Shown here in pieces: positions 37,021-47,021 of a stretch of DNA of 64,000 bases (position 1 is the stretch's first letter; each line of letters begins with the position of its first letter). Below the pieces are notes generated by a model that searched no databases, was not told where the DNA came from, and worked only from the letters and a program-made list of their open reading frames with translations. Made by a program: the position numbers and the translations under genes. Source of the DNA: Candidatus Saccharimonadales bacterium (GTDB lineage: Bacteria > Patescibacteriota > Saccharimonadia > Saccharimonadales > 2-12-FULL-41-12). The stretch lies in contig JAYRJB010000008.1 in the NCBI GenBank assembly GCA_041906505.1, positions 8,053-72,052 on the forward strand, in the 5' to 3' direction.

Positions 37021-39489
37021 ATGATACCAAGTTCACCAGATTTTCAAGACTTTTTAAATCATCTTAGCGAAAATGCGCTTGCCAGCTTGCGCAATGCTGA
37101 TGCGATTGCGCGAGGCAGTGGAAGTGCGTACGTTGGCACCGAGCATCTTCTGCTTGGTGTTCTTGCTCAAGAAAACTCCATGGGGGCCAAATTGCTTGAA
37201 GGAGCGGGGGTTACCATGCAAAAAGCCAAGTCGGCACTCAACGTGCAAGCAAATCCTATCAGCCTGCAAGGCGCCAAAGGCCTAAGTGAGGTCGCAAAGC
37301 TTACGCTGCGCATGGCTTATGAAGTTGCACAAGATTTTTCGCAAGATTCATGTGGCACCGAACATATCCTGTACAGCATACTTACACAAAAAAACGCTCG
37401 AGCGACAGAACTATTGAAAAATATGGATGTCGAGGTTGATACACTCATGACCGAGCTCGAACAATTTCTAAATCGAGAACAAGAGAGCGGAGGCACGCTC
37501 GAAGAAATGAAGAAAAGTAAGCGGCAGAAAAAAACTGCGTTAGACTTTTTTGGAACTGATCTAACTGCCCTTGCTAGGAAGAATAAGCTTGATCCTGTAG
37601 TTGGTCGAGAGAATCAAATAAGACGAGTCATTACAATTTTAAGTCGTCGGACAAAAAATAATCCCGTTCTCATAGGCGAGCCTGGCGTGGGTAAAACGGC
37701 AATTGTAGAGGGTCTTGCAGCCCGAATCGTTGCCGAGGATGTACCCGACAGCTTGCTTGATAAGCGAATAATTATGCTTGATCTTACCGCAATGATTGCC
37801 GGGACTAAATATCGAGGTGAGTTTGAGGAGCGTCTCAAGAAGGTGATGAGTGAGCTCGAGAACGACACAAAAACCATTGTTTTTGTCGACGAGCTACATC
37901 TCATCGTTGGTGCCGGCGCAGCCGAAGGCGCCTTGGATGCTGGAAATATGCTTAAACCAGCACTTGCCAGGGGCAAGATTCAGCTCATAGGTGCGACAAC
38001 AACCGACGAGTATACTAAATATGTCGAAAAAGATTCAGCGTTGGAGCGCCGCTTCCAGCCCATCCAAGTGCCAGAAGCAACCGAATCAGAGACCGTCTCG
38101 ATACTTAAGGGACTCAAGAAACACTATGAATCGTTTCACAATGTTGCAATTTCTGACGAGGTGATCGAAGACACAGTTCGGTTTGCCAAAAGATATATTA
38201 ATGACAGATTCATGCCGGATAAGGCCATCGACTTGCTTGACGAGGCGAGCGCCCATTTGCGGGTTGATAAAGGAAAAACCCCACCAGCAATTAGAAAAGC
38301 CCAAAAAGAGCTTCGTCTTTTGCAAGTCCGTATCGAGGATGCGGCCGCAACCGAAGATTATGAAGCTGCTGCTCGATATAAGACTAAGGCGAGTCAACTC
38401 TCCAGGGAGATTACTGAGCTCCAAGGCAAGCACAAGGATGACAAACGGCTTATCTTGAGTAGTGATGATGTGGCCGCCGTTGTTGCAAGGATTACGGGTG
38501 TGCCAGTTACAAAAGTTATCCGCGCAGAAGCAAATTATTTACTGAATCTAGAAAAAACACTCTCAAAACACATTGTTGGTCAAGAAGAAGCTATTCAAGC
38601 TGTGTCACGCGCCGTTCGGCGTAGTAGAAGCGGCATCGCCAATAATCGACGCCCCATAGGATCTCTTGTTTTTCTTGGGCCAACGGGTGTAGGAAAAACG
38701 GAGTTAGCGAGAGTATTGGCGCGCGAATTTTTTGGCAGCGATGATGCACTTGTAAAAATCGACATGAGCGAATTCGGAGAACACCACAACGTGTCACGTC
38801 TGATGGGTGCGCCGGCTGGATATGTTGGTTACGACGACGGCGGACAGCTTACAGACAAGATCCGCAGACAACCCTACAGCTTAGTTCTATTTGACGAGAT
38901 AGAGAAAGCTCATCCAGATGTGTTTAATATGATGCTGCAGATTCTTGAAGATGGTCGGCTGACCGATGGAAAGGGTCGAGTCATTGATTTTAGTAACACC
39001 ATAGTCATCATGACGAGCAACATTGGTGCAGAAAAACTCCAAAAAGAGGCCCAACTTGGATTTAGCGCCGAAACAAAGAAGGACCAGACCAACTTGGACG
39101 CTTTGCATCAACGAAATAAAGACCATGTACTCGACAGCCTAAAGAAGATGATGAGACCTGAGATGTTGAATCGAATTGATAACATTGTCGTGTTTCGGGC
39201 TCTTACGCGTCCAGAGATTATGCACATTCTGGATATTCAGCTTCGGGATCTTGAGGCGAGGCTTGTTCGTCACGGACTGATGCTAAAGGTTCAGTCCAGT
39301 GCTAAGAAATACTTAGCTGATAAAGGTTATGACCCAAAAAATGGGGTACGACCACTGCGCAGACTCCTGCAAGACACTCTCGAAGATCATATTTCGAGCG
39401 GGCTACTTGAGGGTACATACGAAAAAGGCGATCTTGTGAAGGTTGGGCTTAGCGGTGGTGTTCTCGACTATCAAGCCGTGAGAGAATAG
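37021..39489 (+). CDS. clpC: ATP-dependent Clp protease ATP-binding subunit ClpC (class I Clp/Hsp100)
   Basis: Double Clp_N repeat, two AAA+ modules (GEPGVGKTA and GPTGVGKTE Walker A), a UVR-like motif ([10 protein letters not shown]) between them, and a ClpB_D2-small C-terminus. Confidence 0.9.
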   Translation: MIPSSPDFQDFLNHLSENALASLRNADAIARGSGSAYVGTEHLLLGVLAQENSMGAKLLEGAGVTMQKAKSALNVQANPISLQGAKGLSEVAKLTLRMAYEVAQDFSQDSCGTEHILYSILTQKNARATELLKNMDVEVDTLMTELEQFLNREQESGGTLEEMKKSKRQKKTALDFFGTDLTALARKNKLDPVVGRENQIRRVITILSRRTKNNPVLIGEPGVGKTAIVEGLAARIVAEDVPDSLLDKRIIMLDLTAMIAGTKYRGEFEERLKKVMSELENDTKTIVFVDELHLIVGAGAAEGALDAGNMLKPALARGKIQLIGATTTDEYTKYVEKDSALERRFQPIQVPEATESETVSILKGLKKHYESFHNVAISDEVIEDTVRFAKRYINDRFMPDKAIDLLDEASAHLRVDKGKTPPAIRKAQKELRLLQVRIEDAAATEDYEAAARYKTKASQLSREITELQGKHKDDKRLILSSDDVAAVVARITGVPVTKVIRAEANYLLNLEKTLSKHIVGQEEAIQAVSRAVRRSRSGIANNRRPIGSLVFLGPTGVGKTELARVLAREFFGSDDALVKIDMSEFGEHHNVSRLMGAPAGYVGYDDGGQLTDKIRRQPYSLVLFDEIEKAHPDVFNMMLQILEDGRLTDGKGRVIDFSNTIVIMTSNIGAEKLQKEAQLGFSAETKKDQTNLDALHQRNKDHVLDSLKKMMRPEMLNRIDNIVVFRALTRPEIMHILDIQLRDLEARLVRHGLMLKVQSSAKKYLADKGYDPKNGVRPLRRLLQDTLEDHISSGLLEGTYEKGDLVKVGLSGGVLDYQAVRE

Positions 39490-39536
39490 TTTTTCAGCCA
39501 ATTCTTAGCCAAACCTAGGGTATACTACTCTTGATA

Positions 39537-40505
39537 ATGAATAAATTCCTCAAGGCAGTTGCAGGAACGGCTCTCGTCGCGGTATTACTGGGTTCCGTTT
39601 ACGGTATTGTAAATCGCCAAGATATATATGACTCTCTGGCGCTCAGAGGCTATCAGCCGCCAGACCGTGTTGTGGAGCTTGCAAACAATACTACTATGAC
39701 AGATGGCACGCGTCGGGTTTTTTACGTTAATCGACCAGAAATTGACGGCAAGGAAAGATTTAAAAGCGTATGCAAGACAACGGAACAGTCAATTGTACTC
39801 GGTTGTTACATTGAACGCCAAGGAATTTTCTTGCTTGACGTTAAGGACCCCCGCCTGGCTGGCGTTATGGAGGTTACATCTGCGCACGAAACACTTCACG
39901 CTCAATACGATCGGCTTAGTAAGGAAGAGCGGCTACGAGTCGACCAAATGACAGCTGAGTTTTTCAAGACAATAACTGACGAAAGAATAAAGAATACGGT
40001 TGAAAATTATCGTAAAAAGGATGCATCGGTGGTTCCAAATGAACTTCATTCCATACTGGGCTCTGAGGTGCGAGACCTATCACCGCAGCTCGAAGCGTAT
40101 TACTCTAAGTACTTTCGAGACCGGAAAAAGGTGGTTGCCTACTCCGAGCAATATGAGCAAGTATTCACGGACTTGAAGCGAGAACAGGACCGCTATGTGT
40201 CACGCCTCGAGGAAATAAAAGCTGAATTTAACGGAAAACTTGCTCAGTTAAACGGACTTGAAGCCGAGAGGGTAAAATTTAAGAGTGAGCTTGACGCGTT
40301 GCGTAACCAAGATCGTATTAACGAATATAATAATCGCGTAGATGAGTATAATCAGCTGGTGGTTCAAAGAAATTCGCTCGTACCGGTACTAAAAGCCTTA
40401 AGTACCGAGTCAGAGGAAATTGTGAACAAGTACAATAATTCTGTAGTCATCTACCAAGGGCTGATTCAAGCGATTGATGCGAATTCTGTGCCAAAATCTC
40501 TCTGA
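39537..40505 (+). CDS. hypothetical membrane-anchored protein with HExxH motif and long C-terminal coiled coil
   Basis: N-terminal TM (AVAGTALVAVLLGSVYGIV), HETLH at TSAHETLHAQY, heptad-rich C-terminal 130 aa. TATACT hexamer 10 nt upstream of the ATG. Confidence 0.6.
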   Translation: MNKFLKAVAGTALVAVLLGSVYGIVNRQDIYDSLALRGYQPPDRVVELANNTTMTDGTRRVFYVNRPEIDGKERFKSVCKTTEQSIVLGCYIERQGIFLLDVKDPRLAGVMEVTSAHETLHAQYDRLSKEERLRVDQMTAEFFKTITDERIKNTVENYRKKDASVVPNELHSILGSEVRDLSPQLEAYYSKYFRDRKKVVAYSEQYEQVFTDLKREQDRYVSRLEEIKAEFNGKLAQLNGLEAERVKFKSELDALRNQDRINEYNNRVDEYNQLVVQRNSLVPVLKALSTESEEIVNKYNNSVVIYQGLIQAIDANSVPKSL

Positions 40506-40512
40506 CACGAAA

Positions 40513-40521
40513 TGGTACACT
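40513..40521 (+). promoter_or_regulatory. extended -10 element TGgTACACT, 8 nt upstream of the radA ATG
   Basis: Read directly; no SD. Confidence 0.4.
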
Positions 40522-40529
40522 GATAGGTA

Positions 40530-41888
40530 ATGGCAAAAAAATCTTCACAATTTGTGTGTAGTAATTGTGGCGTTTCATACCCTGCGTGGGCAGGTCGGTG
40601 CAGTAATTGCGGTGAATGGAACACCATTAACGAGGAAGCAATTGTTGTGTCGATGGTTTCTCAAAAGGCTAGAAGTGGTGGTCGGGTTATTGAAGCGAAG
40701 AGTATCGACAGTGGAGTGAGAGAAAAGGATAATACTCGAATTGTGTCCGGTATTGGCAACATTGACCTGGTCTTGGGTGGCGGATTTGTTCCTGGGAGTG
40801 TGACCCTCATTGCAGGACAGCCAGGAATCGGCAAGAGTACACTATTGCTGCAGGTAGCTGCCGGTGTCGCAAAACATCACAAAGCGCTTTATGTAAGTGG
40901 GGAAGAGTCTGCCCATCAAGTTGGGCTTCGAGCTACTCGGCTCGGAATCAAGGATGGGCAGTTACGCTTGGCGATAAGTAATGATGCAGATGATGTTGCG
41001 AAGACGATTGCGACTGGCGAATATGAATTAATTATTGTCGACTCAATACAAACTCTCAGCACAAGTTTTGTTGCCACAGCCCCAGGTTCGATTAGTCAGA
41101 TTACAAATTGTGCAAATCTTTTGATGAGTGTTGCAAAACAAATGCAGGTGGCCGTGGTCTTGGTTGGTCATGTGACAAAAGAAGGTTCGATTGCTGGCCC
41201 AAAAGTCCTCGAGCATGTTGTTGATACGGTGTTGCAGCTTGAGGGTGATCGATATGGGGGCTTTAAGATATTAAGGAGCACCAAAAACCGGTTTGGCTCG
41301 ACCAACGAGGCCGGTATTTTTGAAATGCAAAATAACGGGTTGTTGCAAGTCGACAATCCTTCCGAGGCCCTGTTGGCCGAACGACAAGTGACAGATGGGT
41401 CGATTGTGCTTGCGACGCTTGAAGGAACTCGAGCCATACTGGTTGAAGTACAGGCACTCGTAAACAAAACCTCATATGGGTACCCAAAACGAGCCAGCAG
41501 CGGGATGGAGTTAAATCGACTAAACTTGTTGGTAGCCATGCTTGAGCGGCGCACAAAACTCGTGCTCAGCGACAAAGATATATATATTAATATTGTTGGC
41601 GGGATAAAAATATCTGATCCAGGAGCAGATTTAGCGATTTGTCTGGCGATTGGATCAGCGGCGAAAGGGATGAAACTAAAGCAAAATGCGGTAGTTTTTG
41701 GCGAAGTTGGCTTGTCGGGTGAGGTTCGACATGTACCATTTGTCGACAAGCGACTTTCGGAGGCAAAAAAAATGGGATTCAAGCAAGCCATTGGCCCAAG
41801 AGCTCAGAAGACCGAGAAGAATACGATACTAAAATCCGTTCGTGATGTGAGGAGTGCTCTAAATGATTATCTTGAGACGAAAAAATAA
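40530..41888 (+). CDS. radA: DNA repair protein RadA
   Basis: Zn ribbon CSNCG....W.GRCSNCGEWNT, Walker A GQPGIGKST, KNRFG motif, Lon-like C-terminal domain. Confidence 0.95.
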   Translation: MAKKSSQFVCSNCGVSYPAWAGRCSNCGEWNTINEEAIVVSMVSQKARSGGRVIEAKSIDSGVREKDNTRIVSGIGNIDLVLGGGFVPGSVTLIAGQPGIGKSTLLLQVAAGVAKHHKALYVSGEESAHQVGLRATRLGIKDGQLRLAISNDADDVAKTIATGEYELIIVDSIQTLSTSFVATAPGSISQITNCANLLMSVAKQMQVAVVLVGHVTKEGSIAGPKVLEHVVDTVLQLEGDRYGGFKILRSTKNRFGSTNEAGIFEMQNNGLLQVDNPSEALLAERQVTDGSIVLATLEGTRAILVEVQALVNKTSYGYPKRASSGMELNRLNLLVAMLERRTKLVLSDKDIYINIVGGIKISDPGADLAICLAIGSAAKGMKLKQNAVVFGEVGLSGEVRHVPFVDKRLSEAKKMGFKQAIGPRAQKTEKNTILKSVRDVRSALNDYLETKK

Positions 41889-41915
41889 AGTAATGAAGAG
41901 CGGGTATCAAAAACA

Positions 41916-42650
41916 ATGCTAGACATAATCCAGACACTCTTACTAGCCGTGCTGATAATGATGATTTGGCAATCAAGGGGTAGCTATCAAGCGACACTTT
42001 CAAAAATTCGACCGCGAAGAAAAATGATTCTCGATAGTTGTGCTCTCATCGATGGTCGTATTATCGATATCGTCAATGCTGGGTTCACGCCGGACTCCCT
42101 CATTATCCCAAGGTTTATTGTTCGCGAATTGCAGCTTCTCGCGGATGGGCAGGATTCTCAAAAAAGAGAGCGGGCGCGGTATGGTCTCGACGCGATCCAG
42201 ACCCTACAAGCAAATCCCGACACAAACGTAGAGATATCAGACATTGATTTTTCTGAGGCCAAAACAACAGACGACAAACTCGTTATGCTTGCAGGAAAAT
42301 TGTCGGCAGATTTGTGCACCACGGACTACAACTTAAACAAAGCCGCATCCGTACAGGGAGTTAGGGTGCTAAACGTAAACGAATTATCAAATGCGATTCG
42401 AGCCGTTGTGCTTCCTGGCGAAACAAAACACGTTGTAATCGTACAAAAAGGGAGTGGCAAAGATCAAGGAGTGGGCTATCTTGATGATGGCACGATGGTG
42501 GTTGTGGCTGGAGCTGCCGGTCTGGTCGGTAAATCGCTGAATGTTGAGATAACAAGAATGTTGCAATCAGACGCCGGAAAAATGCTGTTTGCAAAAATAA
42601 ATGCAACTACTAAGAAGCCCCGCGCCACTCGAGTGCGAGACAGAACCTAG
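41916..42650 (+). CDS. PIN/TRAM-domain protein (YacL-like)
   Basis: N-terminal TM, PIN domain (ILDSCALIDGRI, TTDYNL), C-terminal TRAM-like beta domain. Located after radA as in Firmicutes. Confidence 0.8.
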   Translation: MLDIIQTLLLAVLIMMIWQSRGSYQATLSKIRPRRKMILDSCALIDGRIIDIVNAGFTPDSLIIPRFIVRELQLLADGQDSQKRERARYGLDAIQTLQANPDTNVEISDIDFSEAKTTDDKLVMLAGKLSADLCTTDYNLNKAASVQGVRVLNVNELSNAIRAVVLPGETKHVVIVQKGSGKDQGVGYLDDGTMVVVAGAAGLVGKSLNVEITRMLQSDAGKMLFAKINATTKKPRATRVRDRT

Positions 42651-45600
42651 TTACTGACAGCAACATTGCTTGATCGCGCACCAGATGTGTCGCGGGCATA
42701 GACTGGAGTTCCTAGCGGCGCTTGTGCTACATTCACTTCACACGAACCACCCCCGCCACATATAAGCGCATCGGTGTTTGCATTGTAGATTGAAGCTGAG
42801 CCGTTTCCGCCGCTCCACTGAAATTTTGTCTTGGGTCCAGATATTTGGGCTTTTGTCACGCTTATTGCACTGACACTTGCCGATGTGAAGTTAACTGAAC
42901 GACTGTCAACATTGTCGTATAGCACACTGTCTATCACCTCTGCGCTTACTGTATGAGGCCCCGGCGAAACCGCCACAGTGTAATTAGCGCTTACGGTGGA
43001 AGGGCTACTTCCAATGCCGATTGACTGGATAACTTGCCCATCAACCTTAAAGTTTATGGTGCCTTTGAACCGATCACTAGATATCGGGTGTGTGCCCTGC
43101 GTGGCAGTTGCAGTAAAGGTACATGATCCGTCACATGTTGCGGGGGTTGTGAGCGTAATGCTTGGCTTCGCGTCCTCACATCTGTGGACGTCATCCTTTT
43201 CGGTTGTTGTGCTTGCAGCTCGGTTGGCCCCACCAACAAACTTATCACTCGAAAATTGGTTTGCTGCAGCATTGGTGGCATCTTGTTTGGCGCGTGCGGG
43301 TGTACAGTCTGTGGCCAACTTATTAGAGACAATGTCTATGGTCTGCTTGGTGTTCCCGGTGCTGCGCTTGTACCAAGATGGGAAAAGGTCTGTCGATGGG
43401 CTTGGTTCTACAGAACCAACTCCAACATGGTTCCTTACAACAAACGCGGGGAGTGTCTGAACTCCACTTGGCTTTGGTCTATCAACGGGCTTTATGCCCT
43501 CGTGTGCTCTTTGCATAAATCCAGCTACAATTGGTTGCGTCATAGTCTCCATGAACCCACCCAACTCTTTTTGGCGGTTATGGTAACCAACCCATGTACC
43601 GGCTGCGTATTGGGTTGACATGCCCATCATCCAGCCATCTTTTGAGTCGTTCGTCGTTCCCGTTTTAAAGCCAAACTTCCAGCCCTTGTAGTTATGAGTT
43701 TTGTTGCCAAGATAGCTTGCCTTTGGATCGCTTACCATATCGCTCACAATGTACGCGGTGTCTGGGCGAATTGCCTGCACGCCCTTACTTGCTTTCCACT
43801 CATCAATAACCTTATTCGACGAATCTTCGATCTTTAGAATATAGGTTTGGGGTATGTTAAGGCCATTTCTGGACAACGATGCAAAGCCATGCACATGTTC
43901 GTCGAGTTTGAGGTAGGCACCATCGCCAATGGCGGCGGCTGTGTAGCACTGCGACTCTTTTGTCAGCGCATCGTCTCGGTAGCAGTTATAGTCACCTCTT
44001 GCCTCACCCTCTGGTGTACCAGGTGACTGCATCAGTTTTTTGGATGTTTCCCTTGTTTTATCAACGCCGGCTGTAAGCATGGCTTTCATGGCTGGTATAT
44101 TTCTTGAACCACCAAGCGCGTAGCGGAGGGTAAGTGGTCCTGGGAATCGAAAATCATAATCTACTGCACAGTTACCGCCTTTTTTGGGTCCCGTGGTGCA
44201 AGGATAGCCGTCCAAAGGTCCAAGAGTGTCATAAAGCACCGATCCTGCACCAGAATTCGTGGTGTTTTCGATCATTGCTGCGTAGTCATAGGGCTTATAG
44301 CTCGAACCGGGAGGTAGCTTTAATCGGGCGTAATTATTCTCACCATACTCCTTATTATTAAAGTCCGTCCCACCAACGAGAGCCACCATTTGTCCTGTTT
44401 TGACATCCTCAGCTGCAAACGCAATCGAATCACCACCTTGTCTTTTTACTTGCGGCAAACCTTTGGCAACTTGCTCTTCGGCAATTTTCTGAACCTTCAT
44501 GTCGAGTGTTGTGGTGACTTTGAGGCCACCTATTTTGACGGTCTCTGCTCCTCGTTCGGTTTGGAGCTGTTCTTTCGCGGTAAGGACAAACCATGGAGCT
44601 TGTATGCCCGTATACTTTGGCTGTCGGGGCTTTATTTTTGAAAGAGTATCAATTTTTTTCGTCTCGTCTCGCTGCTGGGGGGTAATTTTTCCTTGTTCCG
44701 CCATCAAATCTAGCACATAGCCTTGGCGTCCAATAAGCGCTTCCTTATTAAAACGCGCTCCATAGGGGGAATATATGGTCGGTGACTTAGGAATGGCCGC
44801 GAGGAACGCCGCCTCATCAAGGGTCATATCCTTGGCCGATTTGTTGAAGTAGTCTTGCATCGAGGACTCAACGCCGTAGGTAATATCTCCGTATGGGGCA
44901 GTATTAAGATAGCCGGCAAGGATTTCTTTCTTGCTATAGGTGCGCTCAAGTTCGACCGCCAGAATTAGCTCTTTTACTTTTCTTGTATAGGTTTTTTCTT
45001 TGCTCCAGTTTTGCGTTAGCTTTACGAGTTGCTGAGTGATGGTAGAACCCCCTTGGGTGCTGCTCTTTCCGAGGGCATTGTTGACGCCGGCGCGGGTAAT
45101 TCCTTTTACATCAAAACCGCCATGGTTATAAAAGTCTTTATCTTCCACGGCAACGGTCGCGTCCTTGATATAGGGAGAGATGTTCTCGTCTTTTACTGGT
45201 GTTCGTTTTACCGCGTCATAGTCTTCCCAGAGAAGAACTTGCCCAGTTCGATCGTAGTAGCGGACAGATCCCCCGATGTTTTTCCCCGAAATGTCTCGCA
45301 AGTTTGGGAGGTCTTTTCGAAAGAACGCAAACACTGCAATAAGTAGCAAAAACATTGCGACCGTGCCGATACCCAGAAGTTTAAGGGCCATAATGCCACC
45401 CTCGCGGGAAAACCAGTACTTTGCCATGCGCTTTGGATGCATTCGGTACAGAGTTCGTTTGATGCGCCCCTGTGGCAAGGTGGCAAGATAGGCCGCTTTT
45501 TTGCGCAGCTGCGCATCCTTGCGAGCCTTCGCCTTCTCGCTAAGGTTACGGTTTAGTTTTATTTTGTTGCCACCCTTGGTTGTATAGGTGTTACGGCTTT

Positions 45601-45652
45601 GGGTGTGAAGTCCCCCACGTGCAAACTTCGGACGCTTAAGAGGATTTTTCAT
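42647..45652 (-). CDS. class A penicillin-binding protein (GT51 transglycosylase plus transpeptidase) with long C-terminal extension
   Basis: GT51 motifs EDKDFY.H.G.D, GGSTITQQL.K and RK..E. Transpeptidase motifs SSYKP(SxxK-like)/KTGTT. Basic cytoplasmic N-terminus plus TM. About 270-aa Ser/Thr/Gly-rich beta-type C-terminal region. Confidence 0.9.
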   Translation of the reverse strand: MKNPLKRPKFARGGLHTQSRNTYTTKGGNKIKLNRNLSEKAKARKDAQLRKKAAYLATLPQGRIKRTLYRMHPKRMAKYWFSREGGIMALKLLGIGTVAMFLLLIAVFAFFRKDLPNLRDISGKNIGGSVRYYDRTGQVLLWEDYDAVKRTPVKDENISPYIKDATVAVEDKDFYNHGGFDVKGITRAGVNNALGKSSTQGGSTITQQLVKLTQNWSKEKTYTRKVKELILAVELERTYSKKEILAGYLNTAPYGDITYGVESSMQDYFNKSAKDMTLDEAAFLAAIPKSPTIYSPYGARFNKEALIGRQGYVLDLMAEQGKITPQQRDETKKIDTLSKIKPRQPKYTGIQAPWFVLTAKEQLQTERGAETVKIGGLKVTTTLDMKVQKIAEEQVAKGLPQVKRQGGDSIAFAAEDVKTGQMVALVGGTDFNNKEYGENNYARLKLPPGSSYKPYDYAAMIENTTNSGAGSVLYDTLGPLDGYPCTTGPKKGGNCAVDYDFRFPGPLTLRYALGGSRNIPAMKAMLTAGVDKTRETSKKLMQSPGTPEGEARGDYNCYRDDALTKESQCYTAAAIGDGAYLKLDEHVHGFASLSRNGLNIPQTYILKIEDSSNKVIDEWKASKGVQAIRPDTAYIVSDMVSDPKASYLGNKTHNYKGWKFGFKTGTTNDSKDGWMMGMSTQYAAGTWVGYHNRQKELGGFMETMTQPIVAGFMQRAHEGIKPVDRPKPSGVQTLPAFVVRNHVGVGSVEPSPSTDLFPSWYKRSTGNTKQTIDIVSNKLATDCTPARAKQDATNAAANQFSSDKFVGGANRAASTTTEKDDVHRCEDAKPSITLTTPATCDGSCTFTATATQGTHPISSDRFKGTINFKVDGQVIQSIGIGSSPSTVSANYTVAVSPGPHTVSAEVIDSVLYDNVDSRSVNFTSASVSAISVTKAQISGPKTKFQWSGGNGSASIYNANTDALICGGGGSCEVNVAQAPLGTPVYARDTSGARSSNVAVSN

Positions 45653-45711
45653 GTATTCCTTTTCATTTCTCCTTACGTAACAGTGGTGAGGTTCTCGTTA
45701 GATTTCAACCC

Positions 45712-45720
45712 ATTATAGCA
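45712..45720 (-). promoter_or_regulatory. extended -10 element TGcTATAAT (minus strand) for the PBP1A transcript
   Basis: The minus strand reads aaaaaTGcTATAATggg, giving a predicted leader of roughly 50 nt. Confidence 0.45.
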
Positions 45721-45776
45721 TTTTTCATGCTGAGAATAGGCTGAAAATAAAAGAATTCGCTATACTGTTATTTGAC

Positions 45777-47006
45777 ATGACTTTATCAGAAGAACTAATC
45801 TGGCGTGGATTCATAAAGCAGGCGACAATAAAAGACCTTAGTGTTTTAGATACGCAGAAGCTAACGTTCTATCACGGTTATGATGCGTCTGCCGACTCAC
45901 AAACGATTGGCAATCTTGCAGCCATGATGATGGACAAACTTTTCTTACGGCATGGCCACAAGGCCATTCTCTTGGCAGGCGGAGCTACTAGTTTAATCGG
46001 TGACCCGGGAGGAAAGGACAAGGAGCGACCGCTTCAAGACGAAAAGACAATCGAACGTAATATCAACTGCGCCGAAGAGCAAATTAAGCGAATTTTGCAG
46101 CCACAAAAGTTTGAAATGGTTAATAACTTAGACTGGATGCGCGATGTTCGGCTTTTGCCTTTTCTTCGAGATATTGGTAAGCATTTTTCCATGACGCCCT
46201 TGGTGCAAAGAGACTACATCGCCCAGCGAATTGGAGAAGGCGGTTCTGGTATTAGTTATACAGAATTTAGCTACACTTTGTTGCAGGGCTACGATTATCT
46301 TCATCTTTATGACAAATATGGAGTCACGCTACAACTTGGCGGTTCGGATCAGTGGGGCAATTGCCTAAGTGGCGTGGAGCTGGTTCGCAAAGTGAGGGGC
46401 CAAGAAGTCAACGTTATTGCACACCCCTTGATGGTAAACAAGGCAACTGGAAAAAAATTTGGCAAAACCGAGGATGGGGCTATATGGCTCGATGAGCGGA
46501 AGACGAGTGCCTATAAATTCTACCAATTTTGGTTTAACGCGGACGACGAAGACGTTGAAGCTTACCTAAAGATATATACCGAGCTCGAGCGATCACAAAT
46601 CGAGAATATTATGTCAGAATTCAATTCTAACAGGGCTAATCGGCAGGCCCAAAAGATCCTCGCATACGAAGTTACTAAGCTGGTGCACGGCGAAAAGCGG
46701 GCTGATGAAGTAAAGAAAGTTACCGACGTTCTCTTCGCTGATGGCAATTTTGTGGAGCTTGACAAACATGAAAAGAAAATCCTAGCCGACGAGCTAACTG
46801 TCATAACGGATAGCGGTGATTTGGCTCAGACCTTGGTTGACGCTGGTCTGGCGAGTTCAAAGAAACAAGCGCGTGAGTTTCTTGTGGCTGGAGCTATCGT
46901 TATAAACGGCCAAAAAGCAGGACCAGAAAACCTAAGGCTGTTTGTCAGCGGACTCAATCTCGTAAAACGTGGTAAAAACAGCTTTGCCATAGTCAAGGCT
47001 CACTAG
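45777..47006 (+). CDS. tyrS: tyrosine--tRNA ligase (S4-domain type) with TIGN in place of HIGH
   Basis: YHGYDASADS.TIGNL, GGATSLIGDPGGK, LLQGYDY, LQLGGSDQWGN, KFGKT, C-terminal S4-like domain. Confidence 0.9.
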   Translation: MTLSEELIWRGFIKQATIKDLSVLDTQKLTFYHGYDASADSQTIGNLAAMMMDKLFLRHGHKAILLAGGATSLIGDPGGKDKERPLQDEKTIERNINCAEEQIKRILQPQKFEMVNNLDWMRDVRLLPFLRDIGKHFSMTPLVQRDYIAQRIGEGGSGISYTEFSYTLLQGYDYLHLYDKYGVTLQLGGSDQWGNCLSGVELVRKVRGQEVNVIAHPLMVNKATGKKFGKTEDGAIWLDERKTSAYKFYQFWFNADDEDVEAYLKIYTELERSQIENIMSEFNSNRANRQAQKILAYEVTKLVHGEKRADEVKKVTDVLFADGNFVELDKHEKKILADELTVITDSGDLAQTLVDAGLASSKKQAREFLVAGAIVINGQKAGPENLRLFVSGLNLVKRGKNSFAIVKAH

Positions 47007-47021
47007 GTTATACTTAACTAC

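Noticed and set aside
45653-45776. T-box riboswitch leaders upstream of tyrS, and likewise upstream of hisS (52350-52438).
   Set aside because: The intergenic regions are only about 124 and 89 nt. No specifier-loop/T-box (AGGGUGGNACCGCG-like) sequence or terminator/antiterminator pair is visible. Both genes instead have a -10 hexamer 8-10 nt from the ATG.
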